Part shown: positions 58,701 to 64,000 of the stretch, in pieces
How positions within the stretch are numbered: the stretch's first letter is position 1
Layout of the letters: every line of letters starts with the position of its first letter
DNA from: Veleropilina oligotropha
Taxonomy: Eukaryota
DNA length: 64,000 nucleotides
Reading direction: 5' to 3'
NCBI GenBank assembly: GCA_048128005.1
Contig: JBEUKZ010000122.1
Coordinates: 1-64,000 of the forward strand
Position numbers and translations under genes: made by a program
Notes under the pieces: generated by a model
The model's database searches: none
What the model was told of the DNA's origin: nothing
Seen by the model: only the letters and a program-made list of their open reading frames with translations

Positions 58701-60145
58701 TCGTGTGGTCTCGAGTGACGCCTCTGAAATCACTGTGCTAACTAACAGGAGTGGGTTCGGGCTTCGACTTCAGAATTAACATGATTCTCTGTTCAGGTAT
58801 CAATCACAGATATCCGTAACTGCCCGGAGAGCGCAGGTTTCCTTGGACGACCGGGCTTTCATCCCAAGACAATATAGACATGTCACTCTTGACTGAGCAT
58901 TCTAGTTGTAATTGTTTTAAAATAATGCTGTGTTTAGCATCAGAGTTTATGACACACCATGGTATTTATATGTTGTAGGCAGCAGGTGTTACTAGACCGT
59001 TGGTATCCACGGTAATAGGTGTTGACTCTGACAGCTTCCTAAGCACATCTCTTGATCGGGAAACATACAGAGCAAGTGAAATGCCTCAGGGATTTCAGTA
59101 CAAGGTGATTCTTGAAGCATATCAACAGGTAAATCATTTCAATACATTATTTCAAACTTAAAACAAGGTGCTGTTATTGCATAAAGCATATGATATCTGA
59201 TGTCATTGATGGATCTTTTTTGATGTGATCTGAAAGTGCAGTTTTTTTATTTACTAATAGATCTTTATTCAATTATTTATATAAACATTAAATCTGAAAT
59301 ACGTCACCTTTATAAATATATTTCAACGATTTCTTAATTACAGTGTAGCGAACATGACCTGGATTATGGAACAGAGTGCCTTCATCTGGCACAGAAATAC
59401 ACCAACGCGACTGTCAAACTCGTGGAGGGAAATGCAAGCTTGTGGAAGGTATGATGTATATAGCTTTGCAAATGTAATTTATTGGATTTTGATGGCATAC
59501 AAACATAATACACAAATTTTATAAAATTATCTCTCCATATATGCAACATGACTTGGACTTCATGCATCATAATTGTCTCTCTTGAAAATCTACCATCTAT
59601 AATATTTTGTGTTTGTATGTCACCATTGAAATGAAGATGATCGTTATCTTTCCTTGTAATATTCTCAATATCATTTGAATTTAATTCTTAGTCACGTCTC
59701 GTGTTTATTTCAGGTAACTTATAAGAAGGATCTCTATGCAGCCCAAGGCATGCTAAGAGGTAAGGACCGCTTGATCCACAGAACAGTCTGAAGATCACAT
59801 GCATATGTCATCAGATCTGACAAGGAAAGGAAAGGATCGATGCTTAATGTCCCGTATATTTACAACCATCAGGTTCAAAGCAGGACATGTCCATTTTATT
59901 GCGGGAGGAAAGCCTGTTCACCCGGGGAAACCCCCTCTCTCTGATCAGTTACGGATAACTTGAACAAATAATGTCATGTCCCAACCGAGATTCAAATCCA
60001 CTACTGTTCGTGTCAATGGAATCAAGGCAGTGATTTTCGGAATCTGCAACCAAAACCACATGATTAATGTTATCCTGCAGTGGCAAGTTTAATACTTCAG
60101 TTGGATAAACATACGTATCTATTGAGAAGCCGCATGATATGGTAA

Positions 60146-60176
<31 letters not shown>

Positions 60177-63100
60177 GGGGGGGAATAATCTTACTTTATA
60201 TGTCTGTCAATGTTGAGCAATCACTAAGCAATGAATAACTTACGAGTTAGTCGAAGCGTAAAATAATCTGGATATTTGAATAGGTGAGGAATAGTTTAAT
60301 CATATACATTCATTGTACAGGTTGTTTCAAAAGTATATGTCACATATGGACTCTTCATGTATCTATAATTACTGAAGATATAAAAACACTACTTATATCT
60401 TATGAAAGGTAATATTCTTAAGTTTCAAGTACAAAAAATTTGAAAACAAAAATCCAAGAAATAAAGGTTTTATTAACAATTTTAGAGATGTTCAATGTGT
60501 GCGCCGTTGGTTACACGGCACACATCCAAACGATAGTCCATTTCTTGCCAAACGCGCACAAGCATATTGTGGTCGACAGTAGCCAAGGCTTCATTTATTC
60601 AAGTCTTCATGCCTTCAGCTTTAAAATGTTACCAGTTTCATTCTGCTACCATTTGTAATTCCAGAGATATGAGTACTTAGAATGTAACATATTACTTAGA
60701 ATGTGACATAAACTTTTGAAACGCCCTGTATATGACCGAAGCTCAAAGGAGCATTTGAAAACATATGATTATCTCCTGCTAACAGTAACAGTAACAAGCT
60801 TCATTGTATAAAGCAAAATATTAGCATAAGACAAAATATTTGTATTTATTTAACATTTTTGTCCAACCTATTATATACAACGACATATCGAAAACCCAAC
60901 ATCCATATCATTGTACCTTTGTCAATGATATCTCATGATATATATTCAGGAAATGCTGTAACACACCGTTGCATTAATCATTAAGATGCATCTGAGTGAA
61001 ACCAGACATTGTGATATGTCATATACACTAAGATATTCAGTTATGTTGCAAAACTTGAACCTCATTTTCATTTAATACTTTTTTAATAATTACCGGTGTC
61101 CATGTTTTGTTCACTTTTTCAGAGCAGTGTCATAGAGTATCTCATCTGGGAGACCCGGATGAAGCGCTCCGGTCAGCCATGTGCAAGGCCTTGTGCACAA
61201 AGTCTTTGCAGGTAACATACATTCATAATATATGAAGATATTAAAATGTGTATTAAAGCGACCAAACTATAAATAACATAATTTCTGTAGATATTGAGAG
61301 AAAATTTGCAAAATATAATTGAGTAAGAATAAATGAAAATTTTAAGTTATGTTGCTTTTTTAATCAGTCGTAAAATAATGTTGTTAGGTTTCCATCACAC
61401 ATGCTGCAGAAAAATAGAATATAAATCGATTGTACAATCGTAGTCATGCAGGGTTTCCGCCAGGAAGGTAAAAGAGTAAAACTACATACCCCAAAAAAGA
61501 AGAAGATAGGGATGCATGCCCACAATAGATATAGTTTATATATATATATATATATATTTTGTGATTGTCAGAACACTATATTCTGTGACACGGCACGATA
61601 TTCTGTGACACACTAACATCGTCACTGAAAATCTCTGACAGTTGTTGCCAAATGAATTTCGTGACTTAATTTCTAATAAAGTATAATAGGTCAAAGAATA
61701 AATTATATCAATAAAAACAGACAAGTCTTTTTATTTCATAAAATTAGCTTAATTAATCGACACCTAGCTTGGAGTCGTATGATAACTAGGTCACTGTCGT
61801 CTGCTATTGGTACAGCGGCAAAAGCCCACCTCAGAATACTACGCAGTGTACTATTTATAGAAATGGGTAATCTCTCATCATTTACATAGCCGAAAGTAAA
61901 ATGTATTCAGTATTTGACCTGAGTTTGTGGAGTTAACCAATCAAGAGTCACCAAAATGGAGCTATTTTGCATAACCCGAAGATGACGTGCCAAGCGAGGT
62001 TACACGAGCAAGGATCCAGGCAGAACAAATATTTGCAATGTTGAATATTATTAAATGACTATATTCATAAATTATTTACACACGCTTTACTAAATAAATG
62101 AAATTATTCTGACTTTGGCCAAAAGAATGCAATACATAATACAATTGCATAAACTCGCGGATGCGAGGTTTCTATAGGATGTCATCACGTGTCGATAAAA
62201 TGTCACCCGGAAATTACATTGAAATGATTCGGCAGTAGACTAGTGAAAGGAGAGCTTTATTAGTCATTAAATAAATGTGTTCTGACGACAATTATGAAGT
62301 TACGTGTGGTTCTGTGTTATCTTCTCAGATATCAGATGAGGCCGTTTCACAGTGAGGAAAATATAAATATAAATTTTCTACGAGGCGGGGAACTTAACGT
62401 CCCCGCCTCGTACCGTTGACCTACGGTCGCAAATAAGTCTACCCAAAAATATATTCCTGGCGGAAACCCTGTCATAGTAGGTATTTGTTGTACCAATCAT
62501 CCTTCATCCAAATACATATACAATACTAAAATGATTCCAAAGTCATCAGCCATTGCAATGTGAGCTCTACTAAAATCTAACTGAATGCAGTCAGAGTTCT
62601 GCTTCTACTTCTAGCGATGATGTACATGTGATCATTATCATAATATCAAGCTGGATTTGTATTATGTCGCTTGGCAATCTCGTCCGTGAACATGCAGTAT
62701 AAGCATAGTTTTCCTGGGATATCTCCTGAGTGGATAACAATATTTTATGCTATTTACATGGAGTATGTGATACCGAATTAGTATGATATCAGTTGAGCGG
62801 CATCAGTGGTTGAGTGGTTAGCATGTCAGAAGCTCAGCCGAAGCTGTTCGAGGCCAGCGGCGGTTTGTTCTACTTCTTAAAATAATAGAAGGCATATCCG
62901 TAATATATGTGACTTATTTGCCGGTCAGTTCGGAGTGAGACCTTTATAAACTGTGTGTCCCGACTAAAATACAGCTGAAAAATTGTTAAAAGTTGTCGTA
63001 AAACAATTTTGCCGACCAATCTGATATCAATGTACTTGTAATAATTTTACCACAAAATATAAAGTAAAACTCAAATATTAAAACTACCCTCTTAAAAAGA

Positions 63101-63664
63101 AATATTGTTTCTCTTCAATGTAATATTACCATATGTATTTCTGTCCAGTCTGATTTATAAGTGCATTCATAGTTGCAAAATAAATGGGTCAGTTCGAACA
63201 TTGGAACAAATTAAAGCTGACCTGACATCTGCCAGTCACAGCATGAGATAGTTTGCCCCTTCCGAAACTGTTCTGTCCAGAAAACAAATCTGCATCTTGT
63301 GATATCTGTAGGATTATTAATTTTAAAGCTGATATCATATTCATACTAGTTAATAATATGTTATTCAACATTTCAGGTTGTAACCATAACAACGGCTAGT
63401 GACCTGGGTACATGTGGTGTGACCAGCTGCATAGATTTCTATAAAACATTTGACAAGTCAGAGATAGTGTCTCGAACGGCGATTTTACAGAATGCTTTCA
63501 GAGCCTGCTCAGTATTTCATCGTTCACGAGCGACGATCGTCATTGTCATTAATTCAGTGGAAGAGTTTATTGCAATTTATCATTACAACGTATTCAGACA
63601 TTTGAGTGAAATCGTGCAATCATGCAAAGACAATGGAGTGTATGTTTATATAATTTTAGCCAAG
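52763..63664 (+). CDS. CRPPA: D-ribitol-5-phosphate cytidylyltransferase (CRPPA/ISPD), partial. Exons 52763-52917, 55273-55433, 57290-57390, 58979-59128, 59344-59448, 59714-59759, 61123-61211, 63377-63664; continues right of the window
   Basis: GT-AG exons in consistent phase encode PAGGSGVRF...[57 protein letters not shown] and [13 protein letters not shown]. Exons 7-8 (C-terminal domain) rest on splice signals and open frame only, so they are less certain. Confidence 0.93.
53176..53627. mobile_element. CAG-terminal MITE with 5-bp TSD (hAT5-like)
   Basis: TIR CAGGTTGGGGAG / CTCCCCAACCTG; CTGAA on both sides; GGGATATA subterminal repeats. Confidence 0.82.
53760..55048 (+). mobile_element. 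5'-truncated LINE (CR1-group): ORF2 C-terminus plus 3' UTR
   Basis: [11 protein letters not shown]...[17 protein letters not shown], frameshift, then [13 protein letters not shown]...[16 protein letters not shown] (CCHC-like); ends AATAAAATATTGTTTAAACTAAAC. Confidence 0.85.
55473..56341 (+). mobile_element. Hairpin-headed non-autonomous element
   Basis: Near-perfect hairpin 55473-55628 centred on CGAG-GCTTGC-CGAG, then TATCACATAT, which is inverted at the end (ATATGTGATA). Confidence 0.72.
57407..58512. mobile_element. Inverted-repeat element containing a nested HINE-like element (about 57579-58380) with about 150-bp internal tandem repeats
   Basis: GGTGTGGTATTAAAATGACCCTGCC.GTGAGAT inverted at both ends. 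The inner element has a TGTATCCCC / GGGGATACA sub-TIR, repeated TAATCCGATTTGATTCAAATT and a hairpin plus CTAGTT end. Confidence 0.7.
60318..60728. mobile_element. Tc1/mariner-like MITE
   Basis: TA-CAGG..GTTTCAAAAGT..ATGTCACA ... TGTGACAT.AACTTTTGAAAC..CCTG-TA. Confidence 0.8.
61449..62471. mobile_element. CAG-terminal non-autonomous element, probable 5-bp TSD
   Basis: Perfect TIR CAGGGTTTCCGCCAGGAA; flanks TCATG / TCATA. Confidence 0.78.
62796..63021 (+). mobile_element. Second tRNA-derived SINE family; minus-strand copies at about 26460-26560 and 38217-38320
   Basis: Head with TGGTTGAGTGGTTAG and GTTCGAGGCC; shared tail CGGAGTGwGACC...GTCCyGACT...GCTGAAAA.TTG..AAAAGT.GyCGTAAAAC. Confidence 0.65.
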
Positions 63665-63710
63665 GTAAGATATATAATTGTTCTATCATTAGATTGGCGA
63701 CACCGTGGTG

Positions 63711-63865
63711 TAAATAGAGGGTATTTGATGGTATGTCAGAAATATTAAATATATTTTGTCGAGTGAAATATATCCTAGCGGATTCACGAAAGGCCAGAGG
63801 CTAGGATATAGTTCACGAGACAAAATATATTTAATATTTCTGACATAACATAGAATGCTCTATTT
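63711..63865 (+). mobile_element. Hairpin head of another hairpin-headed element (continues off window)
   Basis: TAAATAGAG...TGTCAGAAATATTAAATATATTTTGTCGAGTGAA / TTCACGAGACAAAATATATTTAATATTTCTGACA...CTCTATTTA. Confidence 0.7.
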
Positions 63866-64000
63866 ATTATATAAATGGGTTAGTTATCAATTAAATACTG
63901 TTTTCATTATATCGCCATGCTTATTGTTGTGAAAGAATGAACGCCTTCGTTGTAATGTTGAAATGTAGTTCGCCATCATAATGTCGCCATGGACAATGTT

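Noticed and set aside
59711..59719. CAG/GTAACT as a recursive splice site
   Set aside because: The GTA is simply the Val codon of the conserved KVTY motif; nothing else supports recursive splicing.
52763..59759. Bacterial IspD (MEP pathway) by horizontal transfer or contamination
   Set aside because: The gene has spliceosomal introns and animal CRPPA-type motifs such as DLDYGTECL and LWKVTYKKDL.

Overview
AT-rich, repeat-rich animal genomic DNA, probably a mollusc or other lophotrochozoan (inferred from the repeat repertoire). Three spliced host genes were reconstructed by hand with GT-AG junctions and consistent phases: MFSD6 (minus, two coding exons here, runs off the left edge), a complete 10-exon RNF113/Cwc24 gene (minus, 317 aa), and CRPPA/ISPD (plus, 8 coding exons, runs off the right edge). 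RNF113 and CRPPA lie head to head, with 215 bp between start codons. RNF113 intron 2 holds a full-length but decayed DIRS tyrosine-recombinase retrotransposon (ITRs plus ICR) interrupted by a 5-bp-TSD DNA element. The rest is layered TEs (nested Academ-like fold-backs, piggyBac-, Kolobok-, Merlin-, mariner- and Harbinger-like MITEs, Helentron-like elements, SINEs, LINE tails) and satellites. The most unusual signals are (1) four independent duplications of splice sites, including a 20x 64-bp array of the RNF113 exon 9 donor, and (2) sequence-diverse hairpin-headed elements that conserve strand-specific tandem G-A mismatches, suggesting a folded single-stranded substrate. TE superfamily names come from terminal and TSD signatures recalled from the literature, not from database searches.
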